A DNA stretch of 64,000 nt, taken from the NCBI RefSeq assembly GCF_009914755.1, contig NC_060932.1. One strand, written 5' to 3'. Made by a program: the position numbers and the translations under genes. Under the pieces are notes generated by a model. It was not told the origin of the DNA, ran no database searches, and was given only the letters and a program-made list of their open reading frames with translations. The DNA is from the human T2T-CHM13v2.0 reference genome, Homo sapiens. Within the stretch, counting starts at the first letter, position 1; every line of letters begins with the position of its first letter. Positions 27,760 through 38,683 of this stretch are shown piece after piece.

Positions 27760-30026
27760 CACGATATTGAAATTTGGTCAATTCATAACCTATATAATGG
27801 CCTCTAAGTGAAAGGAAGTGTCACACATCTCTCACTTTAAATAAAGAGCTAGAAATGATTAAGCCTTATGAGGAAGACCTGTTGAAAGCAGGCCTAAATG
27901 AGGCCTCCTGCACCAAGGGAGGCCAAGGCAGGCAGATCACAAGGTCAGGAGTTTGAGACCAGCCTGGCCAATATGGTGAAACTCCGTCTCTACTAAAAAT
28001 ACAAAAATTAGCCGGGCATGGTCGTGGGCACCCATAGTCCCAGCTACTCGGGAGGCTGAGGCAGGTGAATCGCTTCAACGTGGGAGGCGGAAGTTGCAGT
28101 GAGCAGAGATTGCACCACTGCACTCCAGCCTGGGCGACAGAACAAGACTCCATCAAAAAAAGAAAGAAAGAAAGAGAGAGAGAAAGAGAGAAAGGAAAAG
28201 GAAGGAAAGGAAGGAAAGAAACGAAAGGAAGGAAAGAAACGAAAGAAAAGAAAAAGTTCTTGAAGGAAATTAAAAGTGTTACTCTAGTGAAAACATAAAT
28301 GGTAAGAAAGTGAAACAGCCTTATTTTTGATATAGAGACAGCTTTAGTGGTCTAGATGGATGAAATCAGCCCCAACACTCCCCTAAGCGAAAGCCTATTC
28401 AAGTGCAAAGCCCTGACTCTGCAATTCTATGAAGACTGAGAGAGGTGAGGAAGCTCAACAAGAAAAGTTTGAAGCTAGAATAAGTTGGTTCATGAGGTTT
28501 AAGGAAAGAAACCATCCCCATAACCTGAAAGTGCAAGGCAAAGCAGCAAGTGCTGAAGTAGACACTGCAGTAAGCTATCCAGAAGATCTAGTGAGGATAA
28601 TTGATGAAAGTGGCTATTTTTATTGACAGGTTTTCAACATAGATGAAATTGCCTTCCATTGGTAGAAGATGCCATTTAAGACTTTCATAGCCAAAGAGGA
28701 GAGTCAATGCTTGGCCTCTAAGCTTCAAAGGACAGGCTATCTTGTTAGGTATTCATGCAGCTGATTACTTTAAGTTTTAGGCAATGCTCATTTACCATTT
28801 CCAAAATCCTCAGGCTCTTCAGAATTATGCTAAATCCACTCTGCCTGTGCTCTAGAAATGGAAAAACAAAGCCTGATAGCAGCACTTCTGTTTATAGCAT
28901 GGTTTACTGAATAGTTTAAGCCCGCTATTGAGACCTATTCCTGAGAAAAACAAGATTCCTTTCTAAACATTCCTGCTTATTGACAATGCACCTAATCAAC
29001 CAAAAGGCCTGGAGATACACAAGGAGATTAATGTTTCCATGCCTGCAAGAAGAACCTCCCTTGTGCAGCCCATGGATCAAGGAATAATTTCCACATTGAA
29101 GCCTGATTTAAGGAAAACATTTTGTAAGGCTATAGTTGTCACAGATAGTAATTCCTCTGATGAATCTGGGCATAGTAAACTGAAAACCTTCTGGAAAGGA
29201 TTTGCCATTCTCAGTACTGTGAAGAAGATCCATGATTCATGAAAGGAGGTCAAAATAGAAACATTAACAGAAGTTTGAAAGAAGTTGATTCCAGCAGTCA
29301 TGGACGACTTTGAGAGGTTCAAGACTTCAGTGGAGAGAGTCACTGCAGAGGAGGTAGAAAATGCAAAATAACTAGAATTAGAAGTAGAGCCTGAAGATGT
29401 GACTGAATTGCTACAGTCTCAGGATAAAACATTAGGATAATGAGTTACTTCTTATGGATGAGCAAAGAAAGTGGTATCTAGGCATATAATCTACTCCTAG
29501 TGAAGATGATGTGAACATTGTTAAAATGACAACAAAGGATTCAGAATATTCCACAAACTTAGCTGATAAAGCAGAGGGAGGTCTGGAGAGGAATGACTCC
29601 AATTTTAAAAGAAGTTCTACTGTGAGCAAAATGCTATCAAACGGAGAGCATGCTACAGAGAAATCTTTGGTAAAAGGAAGAGTCAATCAATGCAGCAGAC
29701 TTTATTGTCTTATTTTAAGCCGTTGCCACGGCTACCTCACTCTTTAGCAACCATCACCCTCATCAGTCAGCATCTTAACATGCAGACAATATCCTCCACA
29801 AGCAAAAATATTACAGCTCACTGAAGGCTCAGATGGTCATTAGCAATAAAGTAATTTTTTAAAATTATGGTATGTATATGTTTAGACATAATACTATTGC
29901 ACACTTAACAGACATCACATAATGCAAACGTAACTTTTACATGCACTGGGCAACCAACAAATTCGGGTGACTTGCTTTAATGCAGTGGGCTGGCACTGAA
30001 CCTGGAATATATCTAAGATATGCTTA
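27760..30026 (+). mobile_element. Tigger1 DNA transposon, 5'-deleted, with decayed pogo-type transposase
   Basis: Peptides [20 protein letters not shown] and LKTFWKGF; right TIR remnant ...aagatatgctta followed by TA; left TIR absent. Confidence 0.95.
27917..28255 (+). mobile_element. 5'-truncated AluSg-like element in Tigger1 with (GAAA/GGAA)n tail
   Basis: Starts at gggaggccaaggc; gatcacaaggtcaggagtt; purine-expanded tail. Confidence 0.93.
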
Positions 30027-30929
30027 TATTTACAATCACAATTTATTACGTATGTAGTTGTACATCATTTTACATTATGGCTTCCATACAATTTCAGAAC
30101 TCCTGAAAGACTGCTTACTTGCTATCTCAAGTCACTTTACTTTATTAGGCCCAATTACCAAACACGCCCTAGGCCTTCAGGTAATGTAACATGTGCCATC
30201 AGGATATATCTGCTGAGTGTAGGGGATATCGCAACATACCTCATTCCACCTGCTGATATTCCTGTCACTCAAAAGCGTGATGCTCATATGTAAGTAAATG
30301 TGAGCTTACTGCACTGAAATAAAAGCTATCTATTCTGTGTCACTGATCTCTGTGAGATACGACTGTGATAAAGGAACTCTGTAACATTTAAAAAGAAATA
30401 GTCTGGAAATTCTAGCAAGCAGGAAAAATTTATAGCATCACGTCTCTTTGGATAAAGCCAACATTAACTGTTCCTTTTTTTGGGTAAAACCAAAGTTAAA
30501 TGTTTTAATAATAGTTTATTATTTGATATATTAATACATCATTAAATTTTACACATGTTGATAGAACAATAAATATGCAAGAAAAAATAAGGATTGTTTA
30601 TACATCAAACTTCCATGGAACTAAGTAAATAAAAATTATGATCAACACTTTTTAACAGTATAATAGCAAATTAGGAAACATGGTCATCACCATTAAATAA
30701 TTAATTTCCATGTATCACTTGCTTTTGCTGGTGGATTGTACCCATTTCACTCTTAAAATAGAAGGTTTGAACTATATGATCTCTATGTTCTCATCCAAAT
30801 CTATCATTCTATGGTTCTAAAATCAGGATATGATTGGGCACTGCTTAGACCAAGAAGTTTGCACACCAGAAACAAAAACTACTAAAACAAGGGCCAGTCA
30901 TAATGTAGTTATTCTTCCATACAGAGCAT

Positions 30930-31419
30930 ATGGTAGGCAGAAGAATGACAGACGTCTACATCCTAACCCTGTGAATGTGTTGCCTAACTTGCCGAGAGGG
31001 ACTTTGCATATTTGATTAAGTGAGGGTCCATGAGACTGGGAAGTTCTGCTGGAGTATCCTGGCAGGCCCCATCCAATCACATGGGTCCTGAGAAGTGAAG
31101 AATCTTTCCAGTTGGGGTTCACAGAAAGAGATGGACTACAAGAGTAGGGTCAGAGAGATGCTACATTGCTCATTTTAAAGATGGAGGAAGGAGGCTAAAA
31201 GCAAAGGAATGTGGGGAGCTCTTAGAAGCCAGAAAAGTGAAGGAAATACACTCTCTCCTACAATCTCCAGAAAGAAAACAGCCCTGCCATCACCTTAAAT
31301 CTAGTCCGATGAGAGCCACGTCAAACTTCTGGCCTATAAAATGATAAGGTAATAAATATAAGGTGTTTTAAGTCAATAACTTTGTGGTAATTTTTTACAA
31401 CAGTAATGGGAATTAATAG
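30930..31419 (+). mobile_element. MaLR solo LTR (MLT1D/E class)
   Basis: tggtaggcagaa start, agggactttgca, ctccagaaagaaaacagccctgcc, tttgtggtaatttttt end. Confidence 0.88.
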
Positions 31420-33149
31420 AGGCCAAAAAAGTGACAAATTGGATTTCTCTTTTCAGGGGACGTAGAATTATATTTTAATGTATGTATGCTAGACTGTGAA
31501 TAATTAACAACCAGCTTATTATGCTCTGATCGCCATAATTTTAGGAATTTCTCATAAAGCTTTATAAATAATGCTGTCATTTATCAGGGATTCAATACTG
31601 TGTCTCACACAACAGACACTATGAACTATGCTGATAAGCGCTCATGGCTTTAATGCTGAAAAATATAATAACTTGCCTACCAAAGTCACAGAGACTCTTA
31701 AACAACATGTTAAACAATTTTATGTCCCCATTTTTGTTAGTATAAAAGGAAACATCACTAATAATCACTTCTTTACAAGACATTAGGATTTTTCTAAGAT
31801 TTCAAAAGTCTAAAGTACTAACTTTACTTAGTAACTTTGGCTTTATTCAGCTTTATTATTAGAGCATATGACAGTTTCCTCAATTCTAAATTCTATGCTG
31901 TTTGTAACACTTTTTAACCCAGGGCAGAAGTGATATCTATATCAAAATGACTGGTGAATGGCTTTTTTCCTTTAAATGAGACTCAAGTCCCTTCACAGAA
32001 AATATAAGAAATATTTAATTAATTGGCATTGATTTATCAAGCTTTAATTAATGACATGCATCTGAGTTTTAAGATCTTAATATAAAATATTCACTAAATA
32101 CAGAAGATGTGCAACTGCCTCATAGTACTTAAACTTTGCTGTTATTTTTTTTTCAATTGTGTTAGCTTTCAAAAAAGAACTGCTTTCCGAATTAAGTTAA
32201 GCAACTATAGTTAATGAATGGTTCTCCCATAACCTCTCTCAGTTGACTTTTGAAGAGCACACTTCTAAAATATATAAAGCACATCTGTCATTAGAAAATT
32301 TATTTCCACTGGGCAAAGATAATTGAATGTCAATGGTGCAAAGTGAAAGGAAAAGCTTGACTTTGCTTTTACATTACTTAAAAGAAATCTGTCAGTATCC
32401 CCTTAGTGATCGCTCTAGACAGAAATGGACAAGGACTCTTCAAATTTGCTCCCCAAGGGTCTTTGCTTCAGGTCACAATGAACAGGAGCTTATCTTTGCT
32501 TCAGATGATCACTGGGCCTCTCACACTGAAGACACAGTTTTTCATACCCCGAGGAAGAAATAATTGATCTCACTGGGCAATCTTTTAAATTTTCAGATGA
32601 ACCAAAAGAAAGTTCTCAAATATGGTCAAATGAAATAAAAGCTTTGTTGTCTTTAGAAACTACTTCAGGTAAAAATGTCGGTCTTCTTTTTGTTATAAAC
32701 TACAAAAAAAAGTGAATAAATAAATGAATATAAAATAACACCCTCCCTAGCTTCTTAGAATCAATCCCAAACACAAGCAAGTTACTTCTCCTCAGAGTTT
32801 CTGCAGGAGACACAAACAATTCAAATGCTACAGAATGAAGGAAAACTATATTAAAAAATTTGATTTATGAAACTGAGGACCGAAAAACAAGTGGATGCTA
32901 AATGCAAAAAAATCTTTATATCTTCCATACATAATGCTAAAGTTTGGGGGTCCAGGGTAATAATATATTACTTTACTTCAGTTGTATTAGGAATAACATG
33001 AATGATCTATAATTTTGGTTTCAGTTGAAGTTGCTACATAGAATTAAACTAAGGAAATATGTACTTGCTGTTAATTTATACAATTAATCGTTTAGTAAGT
33101 TAATAATTATTGATTTTATTAATAACAGTTGTTGCCAACTAGTTGTGTC

Positions 33150-33330
33150 ATTTGGTGTGGTGGTTACTTGGGTTCAAATCCTACCTCTGCCATGTAATCT
33201 TGGGTACATTACCTAATTCTTCTGATTGTTAGTGTACTCATCTCTTAAATGGGGCCAAAATTGAATAGCTGTGAAGATCGAATGAGTTAAATAATTAAAG
33301 TAACCAGGACAGTACCTAAGACACAATTAC
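33150..33330 (+). mobile_element. MIR
   Basis: tgggttcaaatcctacctctgcca core motif. Confidence 0.65.
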
Positions 33331-33702
33331 CAATGCACATCTGTGTGTGTTTTTTTGGGGGTGATACATAACATTTCTACTCTCCTGGAAATCTTATCAG
33401 CTGTTTTATTAGTGTGATAAGAAATTCAAAGATGAGATTAAAGCCTTATTATAACATTCCCCACTCCCCCCAAATCCATAAGGACTGATAGAAAACCTTA
33501 TTTTGAATCTGGAAGATCAAAGAAGATGTAAGTGGTATTACCTCTTCATAACAGAACAAAATACAAAAATAAAAGCCAAGGGACTTGCTTAATAATATTA
33601 ATAATTTTTAACTTCTACTAAAATATTACTGTGTGCCAGGAACTTTGCTATGTTCTTTTCGAATGTGTGATAAGTCTCGAAAAGCAAATTGCAAATGTAG
33701 AT

Positions 33703-33880
33703 GCAGTGGTTCCCAGCCCAAGCTACACACTGGAATAGCCTAAGAAGCTTTTTAAAATATCTAATGCTGAGCCTCACTGCTGGAGATTCTAATTGATCTA
33801 TGTAGGGTAGAAATGGGATATTTTATTTATTAGAAGTTCTTCTGGTATTTATAATGTGTATATAGGGTTGAGACTCACTT
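33703..33880. mobile_element. MER5-type hAT MITE
   Basis: cagtggttccca...agagattctaatt...gggttgagactcact, TIR-like ends. Confidence 0.7.
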
Positions 33881-34376
33881 TAGTAAAATGTTTGCATTAA
33901 AAATACGTACATCCCAGGTGAACACTACCTGGTAAGGCAAACCATTCCCTCAGTCCAATCTCTACTTAGATCTTTGGACCAGCCCATGCTTGCTAACAAT
34001 ATAAATTAAAATTACAGGTCATTAAAATCAACTAGTTTTCTGCATTCCCAAAAATAGAAAGTGAAGAAACTGCTATGGGTAGGTGAGTTACATTTTTGTC
34101 TTATTTTGGTCATTTTCTTTTATTTTCGTCACATTGTTAATTCTCTTCCTCTCATCCGGGAAAGCTGACTTTCAAGAAAGAGGATATGCTTTTTAGTTGC
34201 CCCTGTTAACTTCAAATGAAAGATATCTGGGGAAAGAAGGTGTGCAAGATCCTCTCTCTTACCCTCAAATATGTAGAAGTTAAACATAATGCCTAATGGC
34301 ACTGACTCTGGTGTCAGGCAGAGTTACTGGGGGCAAATAATGATTCTACATTTCATGTTGACTCATGATGGAAGAC

Positions 34377-34378
34377 TT

Positions 34379-34413
<35 letters not shown>

Positions 34414-34727
34414 TTTTACTATTATTATCATTATTATGATTATTTTGAGACAGAGCTTCACCCTGTCATCCAAGCTTGAGTGCAGCGGCATGATCTCGGC
34501 TCACTGCAACCTCCACCTCTCAGGTTCCAGTGATTCTTCTGCTGCAGCCTCCTAGGTAGCTGGGATTACAGGTGTCCTCCACCACACCTGGCTAATTTCC
34601 GTATTTTCAGGAGAGACGGGGTTTCACCATGTTGGTCAAGGTAGTCTCGAACTCCTGACCTCCAGTGATAAACCTGCCTCGGCCTCCCAAAGTGCTGGGA
34701 TTACAGGCGTGGGCCACCACACCTGGC
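34377..34727 (-). mobile_element. AluS with (TTTA)n/(TTA)n tail
   Basis: Full antisense Alu. Confidence 0.95.
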
Positions 34728-34734
34728 TGACTTT

Positions 34735-35032
34735 TTTTTTCTTTTTTTGACACAGAGTCTTGCTCTGTCACCCAGGCTCTGGAGTGCAGTGGTGTGAACT
34801 CGGCTCACTGCAACCTCCGCCTCCTGGGTTGAAGCGATTCTCCCGCCTCAGCCCTCCTGAGTAGCTGGGATTACAGGTGAGCGCCACCAGGCCCAACTAA
34901 TTTTTTTGGTATTTTTAGTAGAGATGGGCTTCACCACATTGGTCAGGCTGGTCTCGAACTCCTGACCTCATGATTCACCTGCCTCAGCCTCCCAAAGTGA
35001 TGGGATTACAGGCGTGAGCCACCGTGCCTGGG
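34735..35032 (-). mobile_element. AluSg-like, tandem to the previous Alu
   Basis: Full antisense Alu; TSD CCTGGCTGACTTT at 34722-34734 and 35033-35045. Confidence 0.95.
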
Positions 35033-35809
35033 CCTGGCTGACTTTCTTAACCTCCCTAGTCCTTGATTTTCACATCTGCAAAAAGGAAATAATTATTAGC
35101 TTGATAGTGTTATTAAAAGAAATAAATGAATCATGTAAAGATATTTTAATTAATCTAATGCCTGTCTCAAAGGAAATGGTTGGTGAATATAATTAATAAT
35201 TATGTATATAATAAACTATTAATAAAATTAATATCTGGTCTTCTCTAGAAAGTTCCCATCTGATAAAAGGCAAAAAGTGAAAGCACTGCTTAAGAAATAA
35301 CATTTAGAAACAACCTATTATACTGAGTATCCCACTAGGATGGCTTGTAACGTTTAGCCCTTCCTCTTAAACTTGATGCCGAGTTTCTTTGGATCAATGT
35401 CTTGTAGTTCTGGACGGTTTGGCTCTTCTGTTCTCACAGGATTCTTTCCCTTTTCAACATGTCAATGGTGAGGAAGGCATCCAAATTGCACCCTCAGTCT
35501 AATCATTGTACAGGTCTAGTGTCAGTGCCTTTTCTATTTTAAATGTGAATTAGTCACAGCTATAGATCATAATGAAGTCCCTGGAGATCATAAGGCATAA
35601 TTCATATGTCCCTGCATAGACTATACTAGCATGATACTAAACTCTTTACGTTCTTGCAACTGTATTATATCAACAAATGGCCATTCTCATCTTTTCCAAA
35701 ACATCCTAGCATGTGTGATGTCTCTATCCTTAGAAATATCTGATTCACAAACATCAACTGTGAAGTCCCCTCCTGTCATTCTGTGCATAGTTTATACCCT
35801 TTCTACCAA

Positions 35810-36900
35810 TCACTCAGGAAACACTTGAATACTTCCTATGTAGAAGGCACTATCCAGGCATTAAGGGATAGAGGCATTTTCAAAAGAGATGTATCCCCTA
35901 CCCTAATAAGGCTTGTATTTTAGTGGTGAAGAAAGACATTTTAAAATTATTATTTTATAGTTGATTTACAATTCACGAACAGATGTGTTTAGTATGTTTA
36001 TACTGGGCCATCCAATAAGGAACTCTGAGAAAACAACTTTTATTATAAACTTAAAAAAAAAAAAGAATCAACATTTTTTGCAGAGACAGGTCTCATTACA
36101 TTGCCCAGGCTGGTCTCAAACTCCTGTACTCAAGAGATCCTCCCACCTCAACCTCCCAAAGCATAGGAACTACAGGTGTGAGCCACCACATGCGGCCAGA
36201 AGCAATTTCTAAGATGTGTTTAAAGGAGGAGGAAAGATCCAGGCAAAGAGTGAAAGGAAGGCAAAGCTATGCAATGTCAACAGCCTGTGCCAGGGTGCAG
36301 CGATGTGAGAAACAGCCGAGGCTGCCGCTGAACCTCTGGGTGTGATGGGAAATGCGTTGTAAGGCGGCCTGCTGCAGAGGTTGGGAGGGTCACAGGTAAG
36401 AATTTGGCACTTTATTCTGAGAAGATATTGGGCCAGGGACTGATATGGTTAGGTTGTGTTCTTAAAATATTCTTTCAGTTTCAGCATGAAGAATAAATTG
36501 GTAAAAGCAAGAATAATGGGAAAGATGGTTATTGGACTTGGGTGACAGGAATAGAAGTGAAAAGATTTGAGAATATATATAAGCGAGAATCGAAAGGATT
36601 TGATAATGGATTATATCTGAGATGAGAAGAGTCAAGTTTAAGAATAATTTCCTGGTGTCTGGTTTGAAAGAGCAAGCAAAGGTGCTAGTTTTCAAGATAG
36701 AGAATACTAGTTGGAGATAAGATTTGGAAATATAAAAGAATAATTCAGTGAGTGCCACCTTCTGTTCAAGATGTCTCTATATTGTATGCGTTGTGTGAGG
36801 ATATTATAAAGGTAGTTGAATAACTGAGCTGGGGTTTAGAGAGGAAAATTGTTCTGAGAAAATATATTTCAGAATTTTCAAAATCAACAAATAAATCCAT
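35810..36900 (-). mobile_element. L2 remnant interrupted by a FLAM
   Basis: cactcaggaaacacttgaatacttcctatgt start; purine-rich L2-like body. Confidence 0.6.
36074..36198 (-). mobile_element. FLAM / Alu left monomer
   Basis: ttgcagagacaggtctc...gctggtctcaaactcctg...gtgtgagccacca. Confidence 0.88.
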
Positions 36901-37689
36901 GATAGTGAAGACAATGTAAAATAATTTTTTAAAAGTTTCCAAGATGATTCACTTTTTGAATATTGAACTTTTTACCGTGTTAGAGTTTCACTTTTTTTTA
37001 AGAAGTCGTTTTCCTTAAAAAGGAACTGTAATTTTTTTTTCCTGGAATTGAGGACAATCGCATAATAGCTGCCTTGATCATAGTTTATCAAGACCCTTTA
37101 CATAATGTCAATTTGTGGCAATGAACATATATTTTAGGAAAAACTGTGGGTGAAAGTATTTTGTAAATCTCATATCCACTTTATTAACTTGCAATTTAAG
37201 ATCTCCTTGCCGGCAATCCCTTCTTCCTTTCTTCCTCCCTTATTTCCCACTTCCCTCCCTCTCTTCTTCCATCTGTCCAATATTTGTACAACAACTGTTA
37301 ACACATGAAGATACATGAAATGAATGAGACTATTCTGACCTTAAAGATTTTATAGTCTACTTGCCAAAAACTAATGTTAAATTACAAAAATAGAAGCACA
37401 GAATGTGATTTAGAGAAGGTGCTACAAAGTTGCTAAACTTTGAACATGAGTAGCCATTTCCTCAACAGACTAGGGAGGTTTGCCAGGCAGGCTGGAAAAG
37501 GAATGCCCTTCACACTTCCCACTGCACAGGCAAAGCTTCCCCATGCTTGGAGGCTCCAGGTTGTAAATTGCTGTGCTAGGTTCACTACCTGATCCCGAAG
37601 GCATATTGGTTTAAGTAATACAATCAGGTTCTTTGGACCTCGGGAGGTTAAATGGGAGAGAGGAGGGTAGAAGAATATACCAGCCTATA

Positions 37690-37852
37690 CCTCAAAATGA
37701 GGATGGAAGGAGAGAAGGGAGAAAAGACAGAGGGAGGAATACAGGAAGGGAGAAAAGTGAAAAGAAAGAAGGGAGGAAGTGAGAGAGGAAGGAAGAGGAG
37801 GAAGAAGAAGAAGAAGAAGAAGAAAAAGAAGAGGAGGAGGAGGAGAGGAAAA
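37690..37852. repeat. Polypurine tract with (GAA)n/(GAG)n
   Basis: Nearly pure A/G on the + strand; produces the poly-K/R and poly-F ORFs. Confidence 0.9.
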
Positions 37853-38539
37853 TGCTTAAACATTGTACCAAGAGCTAAGAGATGAAGTGAGTAGCTGGTG
37901 ACCTGTACGTAGTTCTAGCAGAGGGTACCTGCTGTGAAAAGGTTTAACGTGGGGTGTTATTCTCATTCTCTGAGAGGAGACCTTTCAGTGAACCAGATTT
38001 TTCTCCAGTGTTCTGTGGAAGTTGGATATTTTATAAATATAATAAACTCTCCCAAGCCCCTACGGTAATTTTTGAAACCTTTCTATAACAATTTTATCAG
38101 TATAAATCACATCCACTTGACTGTAGACAGACAAGGGCGGTTTGCTACACAGGCTGGAATAGTTTTTAAAAAATTAAAATAAACAGCTTACGGTAATAGT
38201 AAATACTGAGCATATCTTTAAGGCAAAAAGTACTGTCAGAATGTAAAATTTAAAAATCAATTGGATGATTTTTTCTAATGAATGATGTGATAAACCCCCA
38301 ACGGCTCTAGATTCTACCATTTCTTCATGCATCCATTGAGTGAGTGAGGCTGAAAGCTACCCCACAGTCAGTTCTTGGGCAGGAAGTTTGGACCCAATAG
38401 CGGTATTCTGTAACCTGTATGGCACAGAAATCAACCAACGAAATCAACTCCGACCCAGCAGAATGGATTCAGGCTCCTAAATAACAAACTCAACTATATC
38501 GCTGGGTCCAAGCTGAATGACAGCCCTGATTCTACTTAC

Positions 38540-38683
38540 CAGCCCATATGCAAAATATCTGTTGAATCATCAATACCGAAAACCTTCAAGACCTGTCATT
38601 ATAGACTGAATACCAGGTTTAATTTCAATTCAGACATCAGTGAAACTCATGTTGAATATCCTCTCATTTGCAGTTTACGAAAT
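38540..38683 (-). other. Candidate 144-nt exon (noncoding or pseudogenic)
   Basis: Acceptor atacctttcag|AT and donor CTG|gtaagt; stops in all frames. Confidence 0.35.

Noticed and set aside
28429-29747. Transposase-like ORFs (TIGD1-like)
   Set aside because: Tigger1 copy with many stops and an Alu insertion; not a domesticated gene.
35355-35470. Minus-strand peptide VEKGKNPVRTEEPNRPELQDIDPKKLGIKFKRKG
   Set aside because: No start codon or acceptor in frame; short.
37648-37885. Poly-Lys/Arg ORF resembling an NLS or protamine
   Set aside because: Produced by the (GAA)/(GAG) purine tract.
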